IMG/VR virus record: IMGVR_UViG_3300029319_000057
Location: 1-56,814 of that record
Reading direction: 5' to 3' (one strand)
Origin: a virus
Lineage: Duplodnaviria > Caudoviricetes
Length of the DNA stretch: 56,814 nt
Shown here piece after piece: positions 46,301 through 53,160 of this stretch (its first letter is position 1; every line of letters begins with the position of its first letter). The notes under the pieces were generated by a model. That model was not told where the DNA came from. It saw only the letters and a list, made by a program, of their open reading frames with translations, and did not search any database. A program made the translations under genes and the position numbers.

Positions 46301-47396
46301 GAAAGATTTTATACGTTTATTTAATTCTGATTATTTAATGCAAAGACGAGGTGGATTAAAGCTAAATATAAATGAATCAGAGCTTGTAGAACAAGCAGAA
46401 AGAGGTGGTGTTAGAGGTGTAATAAGTCTTTTGCTTAATAAAGGTTTTGTTTTAACCAGATATGCTGATAGTTTTGCTATTGCAATTGGAGGATCAACAT
46501 TTTTTAGAAATAGAACTCAAACTTATTTAAATAGAGGACAAACTTTAGAAGAAGCCGAGGCAAATGCTTTCCAAGATTTTAGAGAAATATCAGAAGAAAC
46601 ACAACAGTCTAGTAGGCCTGATAGAATATCTCAACAACAAGCATCTGCTTTAGGTCGTGTAATATTAGCGTTTGCTAATACACCTATGCAGTATGCTAGA
46701 TTAATGAAAAGAGCAGCGCAAGATATAATAAATAAACGTGGTGATTGGAAAACTAATTGGTCTAAATTAATATATTATAGTTTTGTTCAAAACTTCTTAT
46801 TCAACGCTATGCAGCAAGCTTTATTTGCAATGGGATTCGACGACGAAGATGATGAAAAGTCACAAGAAAGACTCGCAAAAACAGCAGAAGGTATGTTTGA
46901 TTCTGTATTAAGAGGTACTGGTATTTATGGCAATATAGTTATGATGGGTAAAAATGTTGCAGTTGATGTTGCAAGAAGAGCAAATAAACCAGTGCCTAAA
47001 TTTGGAGAAGCTGCATGGAAATTATTTGATGTTGCACCGCCATTAGATCGTAAAGTAACTCAAATAAGACAAGCACTTTATGTATTTGATTATGAAATGG
47101 ATGAAGTTAAAGACGCTGGAATAAGTTTAGATAATCCAGCTGCAATGTCTGCTGCAAGATTAATTTCAGCAACAGCAAATATACCAGTTGATCAAGCTAT
47201 GAGGCTATATGAGCAAGTCAAAGCTGTTTCCGATGACGAAACAGAAACTTGGCAAAAAGTTGCATTAATATTAGGTTGGGACGGCTGGACTTTAAATATT
47301 GAAGAAGATAGAGATATATTAGGCGACGATAAAGGTGGTAAATTAAAAACTAAAAAGCTTAAACCATTAAAACTTAAAAAGATTAAATTAAAATAA
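40365..47396 (+). CDS. Giant (2343 aa) polyvalent virion protein with zincin-like and HAD-like domains
   Basis: VHHEVMH (~42231); VFDFDDTL...VLTARP...K...YFADD (~44841-45270). Confidence 0.75.
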   Translation: MEKIYKSLYSKYAPNLTDEEINSGVAYLLTQSPSQAVDSFYEKYVGNLPTVEQKGYIFSRMADSIPEPNQPQEKLDAGYWKRFTNSMKRIFSSVVDDVPRDNAARQIQRANANLDRIYNNPDLTEFKVGSSFMPIASPTTNISSSVPSYKSLPRDEAIQYYKDIIAKNEQIYMENYIESAEVQNYLNQYKKIHIFEDDGDSELWDDFHLTFDKAAGVAVEQLPQMLGAFISFGYTTYAQEGGSVASELIDKLAAQNLNVSYEEFLTLDETTRAKEVLNVIQDGDAVEALQEAHRVGLQNAAFDYASNLFLVGKATKFVPKSAFRGFLRGKINKDAGNYLKGLGYSQLAEVVTENAQEINSALATDNPITANLIAETTAQTILGAGTTQVAIGTTKFTISEGIAELTALNDPTSLRAIANELKRQIKNSNRTNDEKNSMLREIDIAENIVNNSKNKYLSYEAKKAMFQLEIEKVNAQEKLTGLENEFKTNKSISIEAQIQNEKNRIESYNNQLAKTIYFEYFNTSGKNLLSYINADKTGFFANKKGIMRATRAELKTWLENNRPDLLNDPEVINMLEGTVNEAGMRVYNPGIMKGDLALFVEENVENNIFKNKGVFSTSANVVHHEVMHFIFDSLSNKDKAQVVKELNTAFANSKDTKMINAYNQLLKRLSVYGKFDLNNMTIVNEYLSGLSDVLSQQTALENIQQGDMFNQMGDAFAKAFSKTLKDIPFEIDGENALELILRYNSFAGIKPASVRPTIEAVADVVQTAVTTGKTDIDEETKPSIEVELSSEEIQNSQNALDKYITEDIKTQDDFKNNDTARAGIYTEIEVNLVIDPVINSIIQRDENTSGLAPEIQEDIKRKVRERITERVFKNFNPVLDGNKRSVFSYIYGKKETKGTGGIAFRAFQDVKLEYVKKPQGQSIETDAGVTIDIVDETATDIESAIDSKILSENIENTSNPKIEDEIDILTEDDIKDLEEFVNEIFGEDQAFDPSDPDFRKNIKTLFESAVMPKIRKAAGNFKTFYDNYIEKLFDPDKKLLSIQYLYQAERSLEDKNFAKFNKTLTTQKEIRKARDEKRAFVENEAQGVSLYDRLEFNKEATDSYYEPNNTKPNSTIRARRNKLFAEIGKELLFNLAPSAIKKSPLSTEEQATAARKIERGLASKEFAFEMGLEGIYYNVGNDVTRYSNGMIEFLPYLDKYPGLLNIGIVTSGLEMGGYISKEQIQEIKQNLLKASNNWVGKKNFSYGKSATRKQALTDTEKNYYKGAPFTRSMLQKNTNSQNKDRSKRYVNAGMHLWLAINEFINEPNITKEQRNERILTMIHFMVNSFKDKSHLHRRMAGLAGYDVVAVANNEPIIMEHAMQSSTAWKELIRGSVKKEIPFIQLLDKVVQNYALVGLSKKDADKVDTAFYIDNNGKRKSYKFGMGRNWNIFNNRWIERFANQDVANNGGINLKRIKTLEGVTFEKQYDINKDGSPLTKPSREVDINIERKGISVFDFDDTLAFSDSKVIVNLPDGTTREITPAQFASESESLQEQGATFNFEQFNKVIKGRKGPLADLALKRQNKFGSGDIFVLTARPQEAAGAIKLFLDSIGLNIPLENITGLSNGSPEAKSLWMLGKAQEGYNDFYFADDALPNVQAVKNVLDQVDVKSRVEQAKAAKDIDLSAEFNSIIEQKTGVLATDTYSAVRARRRGKRKGMFNFFIPPSAEDFQGLMYTLLPKSKEGEQAIEWFRKNLFKPFGVAMQNIEKERAAIMADFQELKKRLPKLPKKAGILSRSPLDKKILDGDFTMQDAVRVYIWDKQGMKIPNLDKSEKDALVNIIKKDKIFKDFADNLILINKSDGYVKPDNNWESGNISTDLKQNINTSKRAKHLQEWQKNVDEIFTEENLNKLEGLFGRGFRSALEDILRRMKTGVNRNPGGNKIVNDMLDWLNNAVGTIMFLNRKSALLQTISSVNFINWSDNNLLKAGQAWANQPQFWKDFIRLFNSDYLMQRRGGLKLNINESELVEQAERGGVRGVISLLLNKGFVLTRYADSFAIAIGGSTFFRNRTQTYLNRGQTLEEAEANAFQDFREISEETQQSSRPDRISQQQASALGRVILAFANTPMQYARLMKRAAQDIINKRGDWKTNWSKLIYYSFVQNFLFNAMQQALFAMGFDDEDDEKSQERLAKTAEGMFDSVLRGTGIYGNIVMMGKNVAVDVARRANKPVPKFGEAAWKLFDVAPPLDRKVTQIRQALYVFDYEMDEVKDAGISLDNPAAMSAARLISATANIPVDQAMRLYEQVKAVSDDETETWQKVALILGWDGWTLNIEEDRDILGDDKGGKLKTKKLKPLKLKKIKLK

Positions 47397-47398
47397 CT

Positions 47399-47533
47399 AT
47401 GAGTAAAAAAGACGCATGTTATCACAAAGTAAAGGCAAGGTACAAAGTTTTTCCTTCTGCATATGCCAGCGGGGCGCTAGCAAAATGTAGAAAAGTGGGT
47501 GCTAAAAACTGGGGAAACAAATCAAAAAAATAA
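47399..47533 (+). CDS. Small basic Cys-containing protein (44 aa)
   Basis: Not in ORF track; MSKKDACYHKVKARYKVFPSAYASGALAKCRKVGAKNWGNKSKK. Confidence 0.75.
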   Translation: MSKKDACYHKVKARYKVFPSAYASGALAKCRKVGAKNWGNKSKK

Positions 47534-47558
47534 GTTAAACAATTAAAAATTAGAAATT

Positions 47559-47759
47559 ATGCCAGGAACAGATTATAGAGCAGGTATGAAAATGGATGCA
47601 CAAAACTTTAAGCCTCACAAAATGTATTGTAAGGACGGAAGTGTAAAAGATGCAAAAACATTTAAAGACCATTTAAAATTTAAAAAAATGGGATGTGGGC
47701 ACACTAAAAAAGAAGCTATGGCTATGGAGCATGGCGGCAAAAAGAAAAAGAAAAAATAG
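47559..47759 (+). CDS. Small basic protein
   Basis: 66 aa; FKPHKMY...H motif, poly-K end. Confidence 0.7.
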   Translation: MPGTDYRAGMKMDAQNFKPHKMYCKDGSVKDAKTFKDHLKFKKMGCGHTKKEAMAMEHGGKKKKKK

Positions 47760-48040
47760 TGGCTGACCCAAAAAAAGGTACAGGTAAAAAACCTAAAGGA
47801 TCTGGAAGACGGTTGTATACGGATGAAAATCCAAAAGATACTGTAAGTATTAAATATGCAACCGTTGCAGATGCTAGAGCAACCTGCGCTAAAGTAAAAA
47901 AAATTAATAAGCCTTATGCGCGTAAAATACAGATATTAACTGTTATGGAGCAAAGAGCTAAATATGGTAAAAAACCACAACAAGCAGCTATAGCTAAAAG
48001 GTGCAAAATGGCATTAAAAAGGAGACATGGCAAAAAGTAA
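47759..48040 (+). CDS. Small basic protein
   Basis: GTG start; KPKGSGRRLYTDENPKDTV. Confidence 0.7.
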   Translation: MADPKKGTGKKPKGSGRRLYTDENPKDTVSIKYATVADARATCAKVKKINKPYARKIQILTVMEQRAKYGKKPQQAAIAKRCKMALKRRHGKK

Positions 48041-48278
48041 AAGACCTACATGGAAAGATTCTGACGCTCCCGACGCGGAAGGTAAATTTAAAGAATTATC
48101 TTGCGATGCTTTAGCTAAATGGATGATAAAAACAAGAAAAGGTAATATTAAAAAAATTGTTGGTAGTTTAAATCAACAATATGTATTTAATAGAAAAAAG
48201 AATCCTAGCTATGCTAAAAAAATGGTATGCGCAAGAAATAAAGCTAAAAAAATATTAGATGGCAGTAAGAAAAACTAA
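48027..48278 (+). CDS. Small basic protein
   Basis: 83 aa K-rich, overlaps neighbours. Confidence 0.7.
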   Translation: MAKSKRPTWKDSDAPDAEGKFKELSCDALAKWMIKTRKGNIKKIVGSLNQQYVFNRKKNPSYAKKMVCARNKAKKILDGSKKN

Positions 48279-48537
48279 AAAAGGATTAGCGCTTAAACGA
48301 TGGTTTAAAGAAAAATGGATTGATGTTCGTACAGGAAAACCTTGCGGTAGACGTAAAGGCGAAAAGCGTGGTACGCCTTATTGTAGACCAAGTAAGAGAG
48401 TATCAAGCAAAACACCTAAAACAGCCGGCGAAATGACTGCAGCAGAGAAAAAAGCTAAAATAGCTGAGAAAAAAAGGCTGGGGCAGCCAGCAGGCAAGCC
48501 AAGAAGAGTAAAAAACGTTAAAAGACGTAAAAAATAA
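48259..48537 (+). CDS. Small basic protein (DUF5872-like)
   Basis: LKRWFKEKWIDV...PYCRPSKRVSSKTPKT. Confidence 0.7.
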   Translation: MAVRKTKKGLALKRWFKEKWIDVRTGKPCGRRKGEKRGTPYCRPSKRVSSKTPKTAGEMTAAEKKAKIAEKKRLGQPAGKPRRVKNVKRRKK

Positions 48538-48570
48538 GTAATTACATATATTATATAAACTTAACAAAAC

Positions 48571-49761
48571 ATGAAAAAAATATTAAGTATTTTAGTATTA
48601 TTAATATCTTTTAATATTACTGCACAAGAAGAAAAAGAAAAAGGTAAATTTTTTAAATCTATTTATAATGAATTATTTAAATATGGTACTTTCTATGTTG
48701 CGGGAGATGTCCAGAATCCGAAAGAAAATCCTAAAGATTATTTTGTAAGAACAAACCCAGATGGAAACTTATACACACCACCTGTCGTTGTTGACGGAAC
48801 AGATTATTATGATTTTGATTATCGTTATGGATTTGGTTTTCGTAAAATAGCTAGATTTGATTACGAAAGAAAAACTAAAGACTATTTTAACGGTACAGAA
48901 ACTAACGTAGCTATGACAGCGCCTAACTCTTCAATTAAAGGGTTAGAGTATTTGTTTCATTATGAAAAAGAAAGATCTAGAGACGAAATATTTAAAAACC
49001 ATAGATATTTTGTAAAATGGAGCGGCGATTATCATATGATAAAGCTTGAGAGTAGAGCACAAGGAAAAGTTGATTTTAATTATAAATCAGCAGAAATTAG
49101 AGCTAAATTGCCTATTGGTAAAAAGTTTAGCTTATCAGCAGGTGCAATGTATCGTACACATGAAAGAGCTTACGGATATAATCCAATTGAAATATGGTTA
49201 AATGAAACAGATAGCAATGGCTATCCTGTTAATTATTGGTATCAATTAGGTTATAACTATGGTTTTACTGATCAATGGGTAACTATTAATATTGACGGCG
49301 AAGAAGTATATGATTATTACTGGTATGACCCACAAGGTAATCCTGTAGCTTATACGGATTTACAGTTTCGCGATACTATATTTGAATCTTTAATTAATCG
49401 TTATAATAATGAGCAATGGGATTTATTAGACCCTTTCGGTGTAGTTTCACCAATCGTCGGTTTTGATTTTTATCATTACAAGTCAAATTTTTGGCTTCAC
49501 GCGTACGGTTCTTATTTATTACCATATCATAAATATGTTGAAGGTGATGAAGACTTTAGCTATTTAAACCGTAATAACTGGGGGCTTGGTGGATTAAGAC
49601 AAGACTCAGAGCTTGAGCAATGGGAAGATTTTCAAGCTGGTATAAATTTTGGATGGAAATTAAATAGATCAATAGGTGTATTCTTTGAAGGTGAATATAC
49701 TAAGTTCTGGGATAGTAAAATATATAACGGATCCGTAGGATTCAACATAACACTTAGATAA
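48571..49761 (+). CDS. Putative outer-membrane beta-barrel protein
   Basis: Sec signal MKKILSILVLLISFNITAQ (cleavage before Q, typical of Bacteroidota), aromatic amphipathic strands, C-terminal YNGSVGFNITLR. Confidence 0.7.
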   Translation: MKKILSILVLLISFNITAQEEKEKGKFFKSIYNELFKYGTFYVAGDVQNPKENPKDYFVRTNPDGNLYTPPVVVDGTDYYDFDYRYGFGFRKIARFDYERKTKDYFNGTETNVAMTAPNSSIKGLEYLFHYEKERSRDEIFKNHRYFVKWSGDYHMIKLESRAQGKVDFNYKSAEIRAKLPIGKKFSLSAGAMYRTHERAYGYNPIEIWLNETDSNGYPVNYWYQLGYNYGFTDQWVTINIDGEEVYDYYWYDPQGNPVAYTDLQFRDTIFESLINRYNNEQWDLLDPFGVVSPIVGFDFYHYKSNFWLHAYGSYLLPYHKYVEGDEDFSYLNRNNWGLGGLRQDSELEQWEDFQAGINFGWKLNRSIGVFFEGEYTKFWDSKIYNGSVGFNITLR

Positions 49762-49762
49762 A

Positions 49763-49963
49763 ATGGCATATAATTTAGATAAATTAAGAAATGAAAGAGG
49801 TGTAATAACTCCTTTTGCAATGATGGACAGAAGCAAAAAAGCATTACGCAAAGCTAAAAGAAAACTTATTAAAGAACAAAGAGGCCTAAAAAGAAGCGGA
49901 GAGATTACTAAACAAGAATTTAAAGAAGCTAAAAAAGAAATAAAAAAATATACAGATTACTAA
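49763..49963 (+). CDS. Small basic protein
   Basis: 66 aa K/R-rich. Confidence 0.6.
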   Translation: MAYNLDKLRNERGVITPFAMMDRSKKALRKAKRKLIKEQRGLKRSGEITKQEFKEAKKEIKKYTDY

Positions 49964-49984
49964 ACTAAATAATACTTAGATAAA

Positions 49985-50272
49985 ATGGCAAAGCAAATTG
50001 GCGAAGATACTAAATTAACATTAGATTTAAAAACTATAGGAATGATTATTGGGTTTATAATAACCCTTGCTGGTATGTGGTTTGGATTAAAAGCCGATAT
50101 AGCTGAAGCTAAAGAGCTACCGGCCCCTGTAATTGATAGAGTTGAATATGATTTGAAAGATGAATTAATTCGCCAGACAATTATGGACACGCAGGAAGAT
50201 GTAGAGGAGATAAAAGAAACTATTGAAAAAATAGACGAAAGGTTATACGATATACAAAGTAAACAAAGATAA
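49985..50272 (+). CDS. Single-TM coiled-coil protein
   Basis: IGMIIGFIITLAGMWFGL then heptad-rich C-terminus. Confidence 0.7.
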   Translation: MAKQIGEDTKLTLDLKTIGMIIGFIITLAGMWFGLKADIAEAKELPAPVIDRVEYDLKDELIRQTIMDTQEDVEEIKETIEKIDERLYDIQSKQR

Positions 50273-50670
50273 TGAAATATTTAAATGTAATTTTAATATT
50301 ATTGTCGCTAAATAGTTATTCACAAGAATGGATTACTGATAGCAACTTTGATAGTAAAATAAATGAAAAGCAAGCTTTTGGTGATAATCAAAACTTGCCG
50401 GTAATAGTTGAGTTTTATGCATCATTTAACGACGCTAATAAATTTGAAGACTGGAATAAATTAGAAAACGTTATATATTATAGAGCAGATATAGCTAAAT
50501 GTCCAGCAGCAAAAAAGAAATATAAAGTGCGAATGGCACCAACTTTAATTATATTCAAAGAAGGTATAAAAGAAATAGTATTTAAAGCAGGATTAGATTT
50601 AATGTTACCTGCTGATTTAGAAGAAATACAAGAATCCATTAATGAAGTTAATGCAGCTTCACAATTTTAA
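50272..50670 (+). CDS. Secreted thioredoxin-fold protein lacking CxxC
   Basis: Signal peptide; ITDSNF...VIVEFYASFN...KYKVRMAPTLIIFKEG. Confidence 0.7.
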   Translation: MKYLNVILILLSLNSYSQEWITDSNFDSKINEKQAFGDNQNLPVIVEFYASFNDANKFEDWNKLENVIYYRADIAKCPAAKKKYKVRMAPTLIIFKEGIKEIVFKAGLDLMLPADLEEIQESINEVNAASQF

Positions 50671-50675
50671 AAATT

Positions 50676-51185
50676 ATGAGTAACGGTAAAAAACCAACAA
50701 TAACACAGGGCAGAAGTAAATTAAGTCACTTTTTTAGTGATATAAAAGGAAAATTTAAAAACGAAGGCTTTAAAAAAGATTTAACAGCATATGGGGCTAT
50801 TGCATCGTTTATTCCTTTAGGTAGAATATTTAAAACTGGAGCTGGTTTATTATCAGGTGGTTTTTTAGCGCCTGCAGGAAAAGGAAAAGGAATGGTTAAT
50901 TTTGGCAGTGATATGATAGGGGCATTTAGAAATACGCCCACTCAGTATTCATCTAAATTACCGGCTAGTTTAAAAGCTATGTTTTCAAAAAACACTAATG
51001 TTACCAATAGATATATTCCACCTAATTATGCTCCGCAAATTATGACAACAAAAAAAATTGTGGATAAAAAAAATTTAAAATTAAAAGAAAACTTAATTAA
51101 ATCTGCAGAAAAATTTAAGGGTGAAGAATTTCTTGATCCATTATATAAATATCAACCAGATCCTAAAATTTATAACAAATTATGA
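50676..51185 (+). CDS. Hypothetical protein
   Basis: 169 aa, basic, Gly-rich hydrophobic patch. Confidence 0.65.
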   Translation: MSNGKKPTITQGRSKLSHFFSDIKGKFKNEGFKKDLTAYGAIASFIPLGRIFKTGAGLLSGGFLAPAGKGKGMVNFGSDMIGAFRNTPTQYSSKLPASLKAMFSKNTNVTNRYIPPNYAPQIMTTKKIVDKKNLKLKENLIKSAEKFKGEEFLDPLYKYQPDPKIYNKL

Positions 51186-51571
51186 GCGACGCAAAATATA
51201 TGAGTAGGTTATATAATCAGCCTATTCAAAACATGAGCCAAGAAGAAGCTGAAGCATATTCTAAAGGCCAAAACACAGGAATAGTAGCAGGTATATCTAT
51301 GCTGCCTATAGGTAAAGCAATCGGTATTGGAGGTAATATACTTACAAAAGCACCTCAATTATCAAGAATAATAAAAGCATTTACACAAGCACCTAAACAA
51401 TATTTTAATTTATTTTCAAAAGGTATTAATGTTGGCGATAAAGCTAAAAAAGCAAGCGCGGTTAAAGATGTAGCAACAAGTGTACCAAGAACTGGAGAGG
51501 GTAATATTCATCCTATAATTTCAGGTAATAAAATAATAACAGAACTGCCAAAAGTAAGTAGTAGAAAATAA
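51182..51571 (+). CDS. Hypothetical protein
   Basis: 129 aa, Gly-rich hydrophobic patch. Confidence 0.65.
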   Translation: MSDAKYMSRLYNQPIQNMSQEEAEAYSKGQNTGIVAGISMLPIGKAIGIGGNILTKAPQLSRIIKAFTQAPKQYFNLFSKGINVGDKAKKASAVKDVATSVPRTGEGNIHPIISGNKIITELPKVSSRK

Positions 51572-51585
51572 AAACATAATTATGA

Positions 51586-51936
51586 GTGAAAAAAATAATT
51601 GTCCTTTTTGTGGCGGTTTTTGTGGGCTGTGCTAGTTCACAAACAATAACCAAAGATAAATATTATCATTTTGCAGCAGGAGCAACAACAGCGGCTGTAG
51701 CAAATGAAATAGATGTACCTAAAGTTTCTTCTGCTTTTGCAGCAGGATTTGCTAAAGAAAGTTTTGACTATATACAATACGGTGTATTTGATACAAAAGA
51801 TTTATTAGCAACAACTTTAGGGGGAATAATAGTAAACTATATAATTAAATTAATAAAAAAGAAAAACCATGTGGAAATTAACAAAGAAATACCTAAAGGA
51901 CATTTGGGTATTATTATGGAGCAAAACAGAAGTTGA
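51586..51936 (+). CDS. Putative lipoprotein, YfiM/DUF2279-like
   Basis: GTG start, lipobox-like FVGC, DKxxHF...GxxKExxD...DLLAxxxG. Confidence 0.65.
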   Translation: MKKIIVLFVAVFVGCASSQTITKDKYYHFAAGATTAAVANEIDVPKVSSAFAAGFAKESFDYIQYGVFDTKDLLATTLGGIIVNYIIKLIKKKNHVEINKEIPKGHLGIIMEQNRS

Positions 51937-52108
51937 CGAAAAAGCAATAGCTACTTTAAAAGAAGTACAAAAAAGATATAAGTTAACTGTACAAGAAATT
52001 GAGGATGTTGCCTCAGCAATGAAAGAAGTTGCAAATCAAATAGAAGATATACCTAGTGCATTAAAAGGTGAGGCTCGTAAAGGAAGAAAAAATGGAAAGA
52101 ATAAGTAA
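51869..52108 (+). CDS. Hypothetical coiled-coil protein
   Basis: 79-aa ORF upstream of endolysin. Confidence 0.6.
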   Translation: MWKLTKKYLKDIWVLLWSKTEVDEKAIATLKEVQKRYKLTVQEIEDVASAMKEVANQIEDIPSALKGEARKGRKNGKNK

Positions 52109-52559
52109 AAATATAAGCTATAAAGAAGGTGTGTATAGCATAACTGCTAATAGATTAGGATTAGAAAATAAACCCAACGAAGAACAATTAGCTAACATGA
52201 AAACAATAGCTGAAAAAGTTTTTCAACCTTTAAGAAACTGGGTTGGCGGACCAATAAAAATTAATTCATTTTTTCGTTCACCTGAACTTAATAAAAAAAT
52301 TGGCGGGAGTAAAACCAGCCAACATTGTAAAGGTCAAGCAATTGATTTTGATGATAATTTTGGGCATAAAACAAATGCAGAAATGTTTATGTACATTAGA
52401 GAAAATTTAGATTTTGATCAAATGATATGGGAATTCGGAGATGATAACAATCCTAATTGGGTGCATGTAAGTTATGTATCACCTGAAGCAAATAGAAAAA
52501 GATGTTTAAAAGCATATAGAAATCCTGGTTCAAGAAGCACTAAATATAAAGTAATATAA
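52092..52559 (+). CDS. Peptidase M15A-family endolysin
   Basis: INSFFRSPELNKKIGG...SQHCKGQAID...WVHVS zinc ligands. Confidence 0.9.
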   Translation: MERISKNISYKEGVYSITANRLGLENKPNEEQLANMKTIAEKVFQPLRNWVGGPIKINSFFRSPELNKKIGGSKTSQHCKGQAIDFDDNFGHKTNAEMFMYIRENLDFDQMIWEFGDDNNPNWVHVSYVSPEANRKRCLKAYRNPGSRSTKYKVI

Positions 52560-52924
52560 TGTACGAATATAAAATAATAATTGATCGCTGGGTTGATGGA
52601 GATACTGTAGATGTAGATATAGATTTAGGATTTGATGTTGTATTAAAAAAACAACGTGTAAGGCTACATGGTATAAACGCACCTGAATCAAGAACTAGAG
52701 ATTTAGAAGAAAAAGAAAGAGGATTAGCGGCAAAAGAATTTTGTAAAGGATTTTGCAAAGAAGGCGAGGCGGCTATTCTTAAAACAAAAACTTATGATGC
52801 TAGCGGTAAATACGGTAGGATATTAGGTGAAATATGGTCAGCAGGCGAATTTGCTGATAAATCATTAAACGAATACTTAATTGAAAAAGGACACGCTACT
52901 GAATATTTCGGTGGTAAAAGATAA
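52559..52924 (+). CDS. Thermonuclease (SNase-like)
   Basis: VDGDT...VRLHGINAPE...GKYGRILG. Confidence 0.9.
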   Translation: MYEYKIIIDRWVDGDTVDVDIDLGFDVVLKKQRVRLHGINAPESRTRDLEEKERGLAAKEFCKGFCKEGEAAILKTKTYDASGKYGRILGEIWSAGEFADKSLNEYLIEKGHATEYFGGKR

Positions 52925-52927
52925 ATT

Positions 52928-53146
52928 ATGTGGAAATTATTTAAAGACGAAAATGATATAAATGAAAAAGCTATTGTAGGTTTTGCTTCATTTATTATCA
53001 TGGTTATATTTGCTTTAGCAGATTTAATAACCGGTTATTTTGGTGAAGATCTAGTTATAAACGAAGTTATTTATAACTCTTTTGTCATAGTGACATTAGG
53101 TAGTTTTGGAATAAGTTCTATAGAAAAAATAAAGGGAAGCAGTTAA
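52928..53146 (+). CDS. Small two-TM membrane protein (holin-like)
   Basis: Two hydrophobic helices, charged C-terminus, near endolysin. Confidence 0.55.
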   Translation: MWKLFKDENDINEKAIVGFASFIIMVIFALADLITGYFGEDLVINEVIYNSFVIVTLGSFGISSIEKIKGSS

Positions 53147-53159
53147 GCCTCCCTTTTTT
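53131..53159. terminator. Putative bidirectional terminator at convergent junction
   Basis: AAAGGGA...TCCCTTT stem flanked by A and T tracts. Confidence 0.65.
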
Positions 53160-53160
53160 A

